A stretch of 32,000 nucleotides of DNA from Candidatus Photodesmus blepharonis (GTDB taxonomy: Bacteria; Pseudomonadota; Gammaproteobacteria; Enterobacterales; Vibrionaceae). Location: contig NZ_JGVK01000009.1 in NCBI RefSeq assembly GCF_000731795.2, positions 12,499 through 44,498 on the forward strand, in the 5' to 3' direction. A program made the position numbers and the translations under genes. Positions 22,574 to 32,000 of the stretch are shown here, piece by piece. How positions within the stretch are numbered: position 1 is the first letter of the stretch; every line of letters starts with the position of its first letter. Under the pieces are notes generated by a model. That model worked only from the letters and a program-made list of their open reading frames with translations. It had not been told where the DNA came from and did not search any database.

Positions 22574-24367
22574 TTAATTTTCAGTTGTCTTTAGTGGTTC
22601 AGTAGCCTGTTTAAGCCATTGTTTAACATCATCTTTAACAAATGGGTTGATTTTTTTCCATACTTTTTTGTGGTAATTGTTCAGCCAATAAAGTTCACTG
22701 GAAGTTAGCATTTTAAGGTTAATATTGCGTTTATCAATGGGGCATAAAGTTAGGGTTTCGAATGCCAACACCGGGAAATCACCTTTTGTTGGCAACTCTA
22801 CAACTAGCTCTAGATTTTCAATTCGAATGCCAAAAGAATTACAATAATATCCTGGTTCATTTGAAACAACCATATTTTTCATTAAGGGTACGCTACTCCT
22901 ATTTTTTGAAATGTGTTGTGGTCCTTCATGCACATTTAAAAAATGGCCGACACCATGGCCAGTACCATGTTCATAATCATAGCCTTCAGACCAAAGGTGT
23001 TGACGAGCTAAAATGTCTATTTGATAACCATAAGTACCTTTCGGAAATTTAGCTTGAGCAATTCCAATATGACCTTTTAAAACAAGCGTAAATTGCTTTA
23101 TCATTGTTTTGCTAGGTTTTCCTACTGCAACAGTACGTGTGATGTCGGTAGTGCCATATAAATATTGACCACCTGAATCTATTAGATACATGGTATTATT
23201 TGTAAGCTGACTTGGTTTGCTTTGAGTCTTATAATTGTAATGACACATTGCAGCATTTCGACCAACTGCTGATATAGTATCGAAGCTTAAATCTTTGAAG
23301 GTCGGATCTTGTTTACGTATACTATCGAGTTTATTAGCGAGTAGTGCTTCATCGTGTAGATTACCAATCGAAATTTCAGCGTCTAACCATGCAAGAAAAT
23401 GTATCATTGCTATTCCATCTCGAATATGGCAGGTTTTTATCCCTGCGATTTCGGCTTTATTTTTAATGGCTTTGGGTATTAAGCATGGATCTGAAGATTT
23501 CACTATGCTTGCATTCGATTTTTTAAGCACTATTGTAAACCAAGCATTACTTGTTTTAGGATCAACTAGTATGTGTTTTCCTGAAAGTGTCTCAAGGCGT
23601 TGTTGGATTAGTCCAGGAGCATAAACAGTTACGCCAGGACCTACATGTTCTCTGAATTTTTTCGGCAGTCGTTTAGAATTTAAGAAGAATTCGACATTAC
23701 TATTATTGTGTAAAATAACATGGGATAGCAGCACAGGTAATCGTGGTATGTCCAAAGCACGGATATTAAGTAGCCAGCATATTGAGTCCAACGCTGTTAT
23801 GATTGCGCTATCAGCACCCATTTTTTTAATTAAATCTGCAATTTCATCGCGTTTTTTCAAACAGGACTTTCCAACTGACTGAATACTCATTAATTGAATA
23901 TCAGAAATTGTCGCACTTGGTCTATCATACCAAATTTTATCAATGGGATTATATTTTAAAATTGTTAAATTATGTGTGCTTGCAAGTGTTATCTGTGCAT
24001 AATCTAACCATGATGAATTATGCATATGTGGATCAATTGTCACTTTAGAGGTATGAGTAACATTTTTTAATATCCAGTTTAATGCAGATTGTTCAGCTAC
24101 ATGATAGCATTCAAATATTTCAGAAGGAACTTCGTGATGTGCTTGAACGACATAACGTCCATCAAGAAAAATCGCTGCTTTGTTATTAGTGATCACTGCC
24201 ATACCCGCAGAGCCACTAAAATTAGTTAGCCAACGTAATCGTTCATTATGAGTGGGTAAGTATTCATTCAGGTACTCGTCTTCATGAGGCACAATTATGG
24301 CACCATAATTGTGGTTTTTGAGCCAAATACGCATAGCGTTAACACGATCTGAAATGGAGTTCAGCAT
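22574..24367 (-). CDS. Xaa-Pro aminopeptidase, M24B family (three-domain APP1-like)
   Basis: 597 aa. The C-terminal pita-bread catalytic domain has metal-ligand contexts (YLIDSGGQY..GTTDITRT, HGTGHGVGHFLNVHEGP, VSNEPGYY, GIRIENL), and the N-terminal half is a creatinase/prolidase-like domain. Confidence 0.85.
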   Translation of the reverse strand: MLNSISDRVNAMRIWLKNHNYGAIIVPHEDEYLNEYLPTHNERLRWLTNFSGSAGMAVITNNKAAIFLDGRYVVQAHHEVPSEIFECYHVAEQSALNWILKNVTHTSKVTIDPHMHNSSWLDYAQITLASTHNLTILKYNPIDKIWYDRPSATISDIQLMSIQSVGKSCLKKRDEIADLIKKMGADSAIITALDSICWLLNIRALDIPRLPVLLSHVILHNNSNVEFFLNSKRLPKKFREHVGPGVTVYAPGLIQQRLETLSGKHILVDPKTSNAWFTIVLKKSNASIVKSSDPCLIPKAIKNKAEIAGIKTCHIRDGIAMIHFLAWLDAEISIGNLHDEALLANKLDSIRKQDPTFKDLSFDTISAVGRNAAMCHYNYKTQSKPSQLTNNTMYLIDSGGQYLYGTTDITRTVAVGKPSKTMIKQFTLVLKGHIGIAQAKFPKGTYGYQIDILARQHLWSEGYDYEHGTGHGVGHFLNVHEGPQHISKNRSSVPLMKNMVVSNEPGYYCNSFGIRIENLELVVELPTKGDFPVLAFETLTLCPIDKRNINLKMLTSSELYWLNNYHKKVWKKINPFVKDDVKQWLKQATEPLKTTEN

Positions 24368-24549
24368 TTTATTATCCTTATGTATAATGGAATATTATTG
24401 GTATTAATCTTCAATTGTGACTATACTAAGACTTGGTTAGATAATGGATTTCTAGAATGATAGTTCCATTTCTTGTTTCGTGTCTAAATGTTTCACGAAA
24501 TAGCAGTGATTACTACTTATTTTCGATAAGGGAGGGAGTTTCATTTAAT

Positions 24550-24813
24550 ATGTTTGACTCAAGAAAATTAGAGCAAATTGCTAAACAAATTCATGATTAC
24601 ATTCCAACGTCAGTAAAAGAACTAGGAATAGATGTAGATCAAAAAATTAGTCGAATGCTTCAAAGTCAACTAAATAAGTTGAATTTTGTCAGCCGAGAAG
24701 AGTTTGATGTTCAAACACAGGTTTTATTACGTGCTCGAAAGAAATTAACTGAAATGGAAGAAAAGCTTATTCGAATAGAATCAAAGCTGGAGGGGAAAAA
24801 AGCTCAAATGTAG
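24550..24813 (+). CDS. ubiK: ubiquinone biosynthesis accessory factor UbiK (YqiC, BMFP family)
   Basis: 87 aa from the ATG at 24550 (GGGAGGGAG SD about 12 nt upstream). [19 protein letters not shown]...[20 protein letters not shown] is collinear with E. coli YqiC/UbiK (MIDPKKIEQIARQVHESMP...[20 protein letters not shown]). The ORF-track start at 24457 adds 31 non-conserved residues and is probably spurious. Confidence 0.85.
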   Translation: [87 protein letters not shown]

Positions 24814-24884
24814 TATGAGTACTTAAATGTTAAACTATCTTCTAGATTTGAGTGTTGGATACATGATCCATGTGATAGGGTTGG

Positions 24885-26285
24885 TTATATTACCCTAGAG
24901 AACCTTTCACAGTGGTTTTTCTTACGTAAATACTTATCAAAGCACATGCAGATATTACGAATAAGCAGACGTCCACGTGAAGTGACATAAATTTTTTCGT
25001 CATCTATTTTTACTAGTTCATCCGTAATGAAGGTTTGTAACAATTTTAGATCTTTTTTAAAATATTGATCAAACTCTATCTTAAATTCAGCCTCGATCGC
25101 ATTTTTGTCTAGCGTGAAGTTACAAATTAATTGTTGGATGATTTTGCGACGCAATAAATCATCATCATCTAAAAGGATACCTTTGTATAGAGCGTGAGAT
25201 ACGCTATCCATTTGAGTATAATATTTTTTGAGTTCTTTTTGATTTTGCACATACATATTTCCAATCATTGATATCGCAGATACACCGAAACCAACTAAAT
25301 CACATTCTCCTCGAGTTGTATAACCTTGGAAATTTCGATGAAGAACACCTTTCCTTTGTGCGATCGCTAGCTCATCATCTGGTTGAGCAAAATGATCCAT
25401 GCCGATAAATTGATAACCTGATTTAGTTAGGATAGTGATAGTGTTCTGTAAAATTTTTATTTTATCTTCTACTATTGGCAAATCTTCATCTTTAATTCTG
25501 CACTGTCCTGCAAACAGGCTCGGTATATGAGCATAATTGAATATGGAAATCCGGTTCGGTTGCACATCAATTACTTTATCTAGAGTTTCTGAAAAAGACA
25601 CTGCTGTCTGTTTAGGTAAACCATAGATTAAATCTAGATTTATTGAATTGAAACCTGTTTTTTTCGCTTGATTTATCATAGTGATGATAAATTCAGAATC
25701 TTGTTCACGGTTAACTAATTTTTGTACTTCTTTATTGAAATCTTGAATTCCGACGCTTAAGCGATTAAATCCTTCACTATATAACTGATCAATCCTATAA
25801 AGTTCAATTTCACGTGGATCAAGTTCAATACTAATGTCTGCTTTTTCTTCAAATTGAAACAGATCACGTAAAATTGACATTAAATGGGCAATCTGTCGTT
25901 GGGATAAGAATGTTGGCGTACCACCACCAAAATGTAATTGTGCAACTTGACGTCCTTTTAGTAAAATTGCGCGCTGACGGATTTCATTCTCTAAAATAGC
26001 AAGATACTGAATTGCTTTTTTTGAATGAGAAGTAATGATCTTATTGCAAGCGCAGTAATAGCATAGTTTACGACAAAAAGGAATGTGGATGTACAGTGAA
26101 AGAGGACGCTGAGGTTGTTGAGCGCATGCCATGTTGTAATCTCTGACAGTTATTTCACGGAATTCTAACGCTGTTGGATAAGAGGTATAACGAGGTCCAG
26201 AGTAATTATACTTTTCTAGAACTTTTCTATCCCATGTAGTGCTATGGTTGGGTGAAGATGGTTCAGGCGTCATCATATTTTCCAT
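24885..26285 (-). CDS. hemN: oxygen-independent coproporphyrinogen III oxidase (radical SAM)
   Basis: 466 aa with KYNYSGPRYTSYPTALEF at the N-terminus, the radical-SAM cluster motif CRKLCYYCAC (CxxxCxxC), and GGGTPTFL. Confidence 0.95.
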   Translation of the reverse strand: MENMMTPEPSSPNHSTTWDRKVLEKYNYSGPRYTSYPTALEFREITVRDYNMACAQQPQRPLSLYIHIPFCRKLCYYCACNKIITSHSKKAIQYLAILENEIRQRAILLKGRQVAQLHFGGGTPTFLSQRQIAHLMSILRDLFQFEEKADISIELDPREIELYRIDQLYSEGFNRLSVGIQDFNKEVQKLVNREQDSEFIITMINQAKKTGFNSINLDLIYGLPKQTAVSFSETLDKVIDVQPNRISIFNYAHIPSLFAGQCRIKDEDLPIVEDKIKILQNTITILTKSGYQFIGMDHFAQPDDELAIAQRKGVLHRNFQGYTTRGECDLVGFGVSAISMIGNMYVQNQKELKKYYTQMDSVSHALYKGILLDDDDLLRRKIIQQLICNFTLDKNAIEAEFKIEFDQYFKKDLKLLQTFITDELVKIDDEKIYVTSRGRLLIRNICMCFDKYLRKKNHCERFSRVI

Positions 26286-26464
26286 TTATAACTATTATTT
26301 TGATAATTCAAGATAAGGAAATACACTGTCATAGCTAGTATGTACTATAGTTCTTCTAAAACTTTGAGTTTGCATGGAGCAGTCAATCATGTTGTTATTC
26401 TTTAGTCAATAATTGTTATGTTGTTTATGGCTGCTTTAGTTAACTAGTATCTTATTATTTGATA

Positions 26465-27073
26465 TCAATGCAATCCACTGATGTATTCAGATAAGATACT
26501 GATATCTTCGTTAGTCAGCTTTTTAGAAATATCTTGCATCATATCGTGTTTTCGAGAACCACTGCGAAACTTTTGTAACTGCGTTTTGAGATATTCAGGA
26601 TGTTGTCCAGAGATTTTTGGAAATCCAGAAAGTTTCGTTCCATTACCGCGTGGTCCATGACAAGCAATGCAAGCGGTTAAACTTCGTTTTGGATCTCCTG
26701 CTGTGTATAATATTTTCCCTTTATCGATGGCGTTATCAGATGTAGTTGAAAAGGACATTTTGAGTGAAGAATAATAAACGGCTAGGTCAGCTATATCTTG
26801 AGTGCTTAAGGATATCGCTATTCCTCCCATCACTGGATCAGCACGACCTGACTCACCATTGCTTTTCATACTAAGCTGGAAATCTTTCAATTGCTTTTCT
26901 ATGTATTTTGCATGCTGTCCTGCGAGTTTAGGGTACATAGTCAATTGACTGTTACCGTCCACACCATGACATGCGCTGCATATTGCAGATTTTATTTTAC
27001 CAGCTTCAACACTTTCTCTGGCTAAAATAAAGCAACTGATAAAGAGATTTAAAATCAAGGCGAATTTTTTCAT
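26465..27073 (-). CDS. dihaem cytochrome c4
   Basis: 202 aa with an N-terminal signal peptide (MKKFALILNLFISCFILA), two CxxCH haem-binding motifs (CSACHG, CIACHG), and a distal Met-containing region after each. Confidence 0.88.
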   Translation of the reverse strand: MKKFALILNLFISCFILARESVEAGKIKSAICSACHGVDGNSQLTMYPKLAGQHAKYIEKQLKDFQLSMKSNGESGRADPVMGGIAISLSTQDIADLAVYYSSLKMSFSTTSDNAIDKGKILYTAGDPKRSLTACIACHGPRGNGTKLSGFPKISGQHPEYLKTQLQKFRSGSRKHDMMQDISKKLTNEDISILSEYISGLH

Positions 27074-27221
27074 GGGATTTTATCCGTTCTTAAGTTTTTA
27101 TTGTCGTCAGATATTTTTGACTATGGTACAATCTAAAAGAGCTTTCCCGTTAAAGCTATTCTACGCTATTTCATAGAAGTAATCGATTGATTAGAATGAA
27201 GTCTATTTATAGAAAACTAAC

Positions 27222-27842
27222 ATGAGTGTAAAAATTCATTACCCTAATACGCGTTTTATCCTAAGTGCTCCCAGTATATATCATTTACCTAAAGATAAAG
27301 GAATCGAGGTTGCTTTTTTTGGACGTTCTAACGCAGGAAAATCGAGCTCATTAAACTGCTTAACTAACCAAAGAAATTTAGCAAAAATTAGTAAAACTCC
27401 TGGTTGCACTCAACTGATAAATTTATTCAAGGTTTATGCAGATTGTCGTATTGTGGATGTACCGGGATACGGTTTTGCTCGAGTTCCTCTATCAGTGAAA
27501 GGGAAATGGCAAAAATCTTTAGAGGAATATATAAAAAAACGTCGTTGTTTAAAAGGGTTAGTGATTTTAATGGATATTCGTCATCCTTTGAAATCTTCGG
27601 ATAAAAGGATTCTTTTGTTAGCATTAAAGCACGGAGTTCCTGTTCAAATACTACTTAGTAAAGCAGATAAATTGAAAAATAGTATGCGCAAATTTCGATT
27701 GTTAAATGTTCGATCAGCTATATTAAATTTTGGCGGAGATATAAAAGTTGATGTCTTTTCTTCAAGAGGATATGGAATTAAGGTTTTACGTGATAAGCTT
27801 GACACTTGGTTTTCACCATATTTTTTAAAAAAGAGCAAATAA
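27222..27842 (+). CDS. engB: ribosome biogenesis GTPase EngB (YihA/YsxC)
   Basis: 206 aa. [23 protein letters not shown] (G1), DVPGYG (G3) and SKADK (G4) are collinear with E. coli YihA. Confidence 0.93.
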   Translation: MSVKIHYPNTRFILSAPSIYHLPKDKGIEVAFFGRSNAGKSSSLNCLTNQRNLAKISKTPGCTQLINLFKVYADCRIVDVPGYGFARVPLSVKGKWQKSLEEYIKKRRCLKGLVILMDIRHPLKSSDKRILLLALKHGVPVQILLSKADKLKNSMRKFRLLNVRSAILNFGGDIKVDVFSSRGYGIKVLRDKLDTWFSPYFLKKSK

Positions 27843-27920
27843 TGACACTGGCATTTATTGATTTATTATTAATTCCACGGGATAGTGTTATGAGCATTCG
27901 AAGAATTAATTAGATATATT

Positions 27921-30719
27921 TCAGTGGGCTTGATCCCAGTTGTCGCCATATCCAACCTTAGTAATCAATGGAACATTTAGTTTTGTAGCGGACTCCATCA
28001 ATTGTTGTATTTTATATGTCATTTCATCTAAAGCTGATTCTTGTATTTCAAATACAAGTTCATCGTGTACTTGCATTAGTAGTTTGATACGATTACAACC
28101 TGCATCTTGTATCCACTTATCAACAAGTAACATTGCTTTTTTAATTATGTCAGCTGCTGTTCCTTGTATTGGCGCATTAATAGCCATACGTTCAACTGCC
28201 TTTTTACATATATTGTTTTTAGATTTCATTCTAGGCAAATATACACGACGTTTAAAAACAGTTTCAACAAACCCTCGATCAAAAGCAGTAATACATACCT
28301 CTTCCATATATTTCATGACTCCAGAATAGCGTTCAAAGTAGATATTTATATATTCTTGAGCTTTTTTATAAGGTATATGAAGTTGTTTAGACAGTCCAAA
28401 TGCGCTCATTCCGTAAATTAAACCAAAATTAACAGTTTTAGCATGCTGGCGTTGTTTAGAAGAAACTTGTTCTATGTTGATTCCTATCATGTCAGCTGCA
28501 GTTGCTGTATGGATATCTTTCCCTTGTTTAAACGCATCAGACAATGTTTTATCACCCGATAAATGTGCTATGATGCGCAGTTCAATCTGTGAGTAATCAA
28601 TTGAAAGAATTTTATATCCATGTGGTGCGATAAACGCCTGACGGATACGACGACCTTGTTTATTACGTACTGGAATATTTTGTATGTTTGGATCAGTTGA
28701 AGATAAGCGTCCAGTTATTGTTGTTTCTTGATGATAAGAGGTATGAATTCGGCCTGTTTTAGGATGAATCATTTTTGGCAGCTTATCTGTGTAGGTTGAT
28801 TTCAATTTTGCTAAACTTCGGTACTTTAATACTAATTGGGGTAATAGATAATTTAGAGCTAGTTCTTGAAGCACTTCTTCGCTGGTTGATGGCATGCCTA
28901 AGGGAGTTTTTTTAAGTACTGGAAGCCCCATTTTTTCAAATAAGATCATTTGGAGTTGTTTAGATGAGTTTATATTGAATTTTTGTTTTGTTATTGCGTA
29001 TGTTTTTTGTTCTAACTCATTAAGTTGAATCTTAATTTTGTCTGATTCGGTTGTGAGTAATGTATTGTCAATAAGAACACCAGTACATTCGATACGTGAG
29101 AGCACAAGGATTAGTGGTATTTCTATATTTTGATAAATGTTTTGTAGTTTTTCATTTCTTTCTATTTTATTTAAAATATGTTTGTGTAGGCGTAGTATTA
29201 GATCAGTGCGCTCTGCTGCGTATTGTGTTGCGCATCTAAGGTTCACTTGATTAAATGTGAGTTGTTTTTTTCCTTTTTTACCTGCAATTTGAGTAAATGG
29301 AATACAGCGATATTGCAGAAATCTGTGTGCTAAACTATCTATGTTATGTCTATCAGCAGTATTTAACACATAAGATGCCAGCATAGTGTCATGTTTTATT
29401 CCTCGTAGTTTAACGCCATAGCGTGCCAATGTATTTACGTGATTTTTTATGTTGTGTCCTACTTTAGCTTGATTCTCATCTTCTAAAATAGGTTTAAGTT
29501 GACTTAGAACCCAGGCACTATTGAGTTGTTTCGGAGAATTAAGATAATCATGAGCAACAGGAATATAAGCAGCCATTCCTTCTTCAGTTGAAAATGAAAA
29601 ACCAATTGGGTTGGAGATCATATAGTTAAGGTCATCAGCCTTCATGTCAAAGGAAAATATATCTGCGGTTTTCAATTGATTAAGTAATTCCAGGAACGCG
29701 TTTTTGTCAAGGATAGTTTGGTAGTTGCTGTTATGTTCCAAAGTGGTTTTTGAGGTGCTGATATGAGCTGTGTTATTGTTAAGCAATATGGTTTGGGTTT
29801 TAACTTTTTTATTTGATATGACTTTAGAATCTAATTTGTTTTCAATTAGTTCATTAAACCATGATTTCAAGGCCAATTGTTTATATAACTTAAGAAGATC
29901 TTCCTTATGGGGAGCGGTTTTTATAAGTGATTCAGGAGTTTCTGCTATCTTTACATCTAATTTAATGCTTGCAAGTTCATAAGACAACATAGCGCTATCC
30001 TTATTCTTTATTAATTTTTCAGCTATAGTCTTAGAACCTCGGAAATTGAGTGTTTCTATGTCATCTAGATGATTAAACAGTTTTTTTAATCCACCAATTT
30101 TCTGTAATAAAGCTCTTGCAGTTTTATTGCCAATCCCTGGCACACCTGGGACATTGTCAATTTTATCTCCTACTAGTGCTAAATAGTCGATGATAAGTTC
30201 TGGTGGAATACCAAATTTTCTTACCACATTTTTGCGATCGATAATAGTATTAGTTTTTGTGTTTATTAAAAAGATATTCTCATTGACTAATTGAGACATA
30301 TCTTTATCAATAGTGCTGATAACAACTGGGATACCAATGTTACACGCTTGAGTTGCTAAAGTTCCAATGACGTCATCTGCTTCTACACCAGAAATGGAAA
30401 TAAGCGGTAAACCCATAGCACGAATTATGTTGTGCAACGGTTTTATCTGACAACGGAGATTTTCTGGCATGCTTGGACGATTAGCTTTATATGCTGGGTA
30501 TATATTATTGCGAAAAGTTTTTCCTTTTGCATCAAAAATCACGGCAATGCGTTCAGATGAAATTTTAAGCATTGTGCTGCGTAGCATATTGAGTACGCCG
30601 TAAAGAGCATTAGTCGGAATCTCCCCATTATTCATACTTTCTGGATAGGCGTGAAATGCTTGATAAAGGTAACAAGAGCCATCTATTAGAATTAGCGGAT
30701 TATTTGGAACACTGGCCAT
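27921..30719 (-). CDS. polA: DNA polymerase I
   Basis: 932 aa (E. coli 928) with a 5' nuclease domain (LILIDGSCYLYQAFHA), a 3'-5' exonuclease region, and polymerase motifs A (DYSQIELRIIAH), B (RQHAKTVNFGLIYG) and C (QVHDELVFE). Confidence 0.97.
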   Translation of the reverse strand: MASVPNNPLILIDGSCYLYQAFHAYPESMNNGEIPTNALYGVLNMLRSTMLKISSERIAVIFDAKGKTFRNNIYPAYKANRPSMPENLRCQIKPLHNIIRAMGLPLISISGVEADDVIGTLATQACNIGIPVVISTIDKDMSQLVNENIFLINTKTNTIIDRKNVVRKFGIPPELIIDYLALVGDKIDNVPGVPGIGNKTARALLQKIGGLKKLFNHLDDIETLNFRGSKTIAEKLIKNKDSAMLSYELASIKLDVKIAETPESLIKTAPHKEDLLKLYKQLALKSWFNELIENKLDSKVISNKKVKTQTILLNNNTAHISTSKTTLEHNSNYQTILDKNAFLELLNQLKTADIFSFDMKADDLNYMISNPIGFSFSTEEGMAAYIPVAHDYLNSPKQLNSAWVLSQLKPILEDENQAKVGHNIKNHVNTLARYGVKLRGIKHDTMLASYVLNTADRHNIDSLAHRFLQYRCIPFTQIAGKKGKKQLTFNQVNLRCATQYAAERTDLILRLHKHILNKIERNEKLQNIYQNIEIPLILVLSRIECTGVLIDNTLLTTESDKIKIQLNELEQKTYAITKQKFNINSSKQLQMILFEKMGLPVLKKTPLGMPSTSEEVLQELALNYLLPQLVLKYRSLAKLKSTYTDKLPKMIHPKTGRIHTSYHQETTITGRLSSTDPNIQNIPVRNKQGRRIRQAFIAPHGYKILSIDYSQIELRIIAHLSGDKTLSDAFKQGKDIHTATAADMIGINIEQVSSKQRQHAKTVNFGLIYGMSAFGLSKQLHIPYKKAQEYINIYFERYSGVMKYMEEVCITAFDRGFVETVFKRRVYLPRMKSKNNICKKAVERMAINAPIQGTAADIIKKAMLLVDKWIQDAGCNRIKLLMQVHDELVFEIQESALDEMTYKIQQLMESATKLNVPLITKVGYGDNWDQAH

Positions 30720-30906
30720 ACTCTTCTGATATCCAAAGAATTATAAATGTAAATTTGTTTTCTGTTTGAAGATCATAGTAACTAAACTAGATTCTATCAA
30801 ATATGCGTAACTTATTTCACGGTACAAGCTTTAAAAGTCAATTTACTTACTTTTTTTCCCAATGAGATGATGAGTATTAGTATTCATGTATCATTTATGA
30901 TAATAA

Positions 30907-31983
<1,077 letters not shown>

Positions 31984-32000
31984 CTATCACTCTAGTGTTA

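Noticed and set aside
24489-24504. Half parS (TGTTTCACGAAATAGC) in the aminopeptidase-ubiK divergent spacer, with another GTTTCGTG just upstream.
   Set aside because: Only the left arm matches (11/16 overall) and the right arm is lost, so it is unlikely to bind ParB specifically.
24457-24549. The upstream 31 codons of the 118-aa ORF containing ubiK.
   Set aside because: The extension (MIVPFLVSCLNVSRNSSDYY...) has no counterpart in UbiK/YqiC proteins. A strong SD (GGGAGGGAG) precedes the internal ATG at 24550, which aligns with the E. coli start.
25806-25821. parS-like AATTTCACGTGGATCA inside hemN.
   Set aside because: It is a 12/16 match with mismatches in both outer arms, it is intragenic, and it is below the level usually tolerated by ParB.
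26299-26310. FNR-like palindrome TTGATAATTCAA upstream of hemN (an anaerobically induced gene in many bacteria).
   Set aside because: The half-site spacing is TTGA-N4-TCAA instead of the FNR TTGA-N6-TCAA (TTGAT-N4-ATCAA). It also sits only about 15-25 nt from the start codon, inside the leader/SD zone rather than near -41.5.

Overview
This window is the origin-proximal core of an AT-rich, tightly packed gammaproteobacterial chromosome. Nearly everything is intact housekeeping. On the minus strand: atpA (5' part), atpH, atpF, atpE, atpB, atpI, parB, parA, rsmG(gidB), mnmG(gidA). Then oriC, then mnmE, yidC, yidD, rnpA, rpmH (minus). Then dnaA, dnaN, recF, gyrB, ibpA (plus); glyS, glyQ (minus); a 702 bp non-coding gap; an M24B Xaa-Pro aminopeptidase (minus); ubiK (plus); hemN and cytochrome c4 (minus); engB (plus); polA and hemB (minus). 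Protein lengths match E. coli orthologues closely, so I see no gene decay in the CDSs. I found no mobile element, CRISPR array, defence/toxin cassette or orphan operon, and I cannot support a claim of a novel multi-gene system here. Four things deserve a second look. (1) The mnmG-mnmE spacer is an E. coli/Vibrio-type oriC: AT-rich DUE with a 13-mer, four DnaA boxes in the R1-R4 order and orientation, 7 GATC in 131 bp, and no mioC. (2) The 702 bp gap is a collapsed rRNA operon: a boxA-containing rrn leader, only about 45 nt of 16S 5' end, a full-length but degenerate tRNA-Glu, and a truncated tRNA-Lys. (3) A near-perfect parS centromere palindrome sits beside that scar. (4) A DnaA box plus three GATC sites lie in front of dnaA. 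Synteny and the Dam-type origin suggest a reduced-genome relative of the Vibrionales/Enterobacterales/Alteromonadales group; this is inference. All motif coordinates were indexed by hand and may be off by 1-2 nt. Reference sequences used for comparison are recalled from memory and must be verified by alignment.
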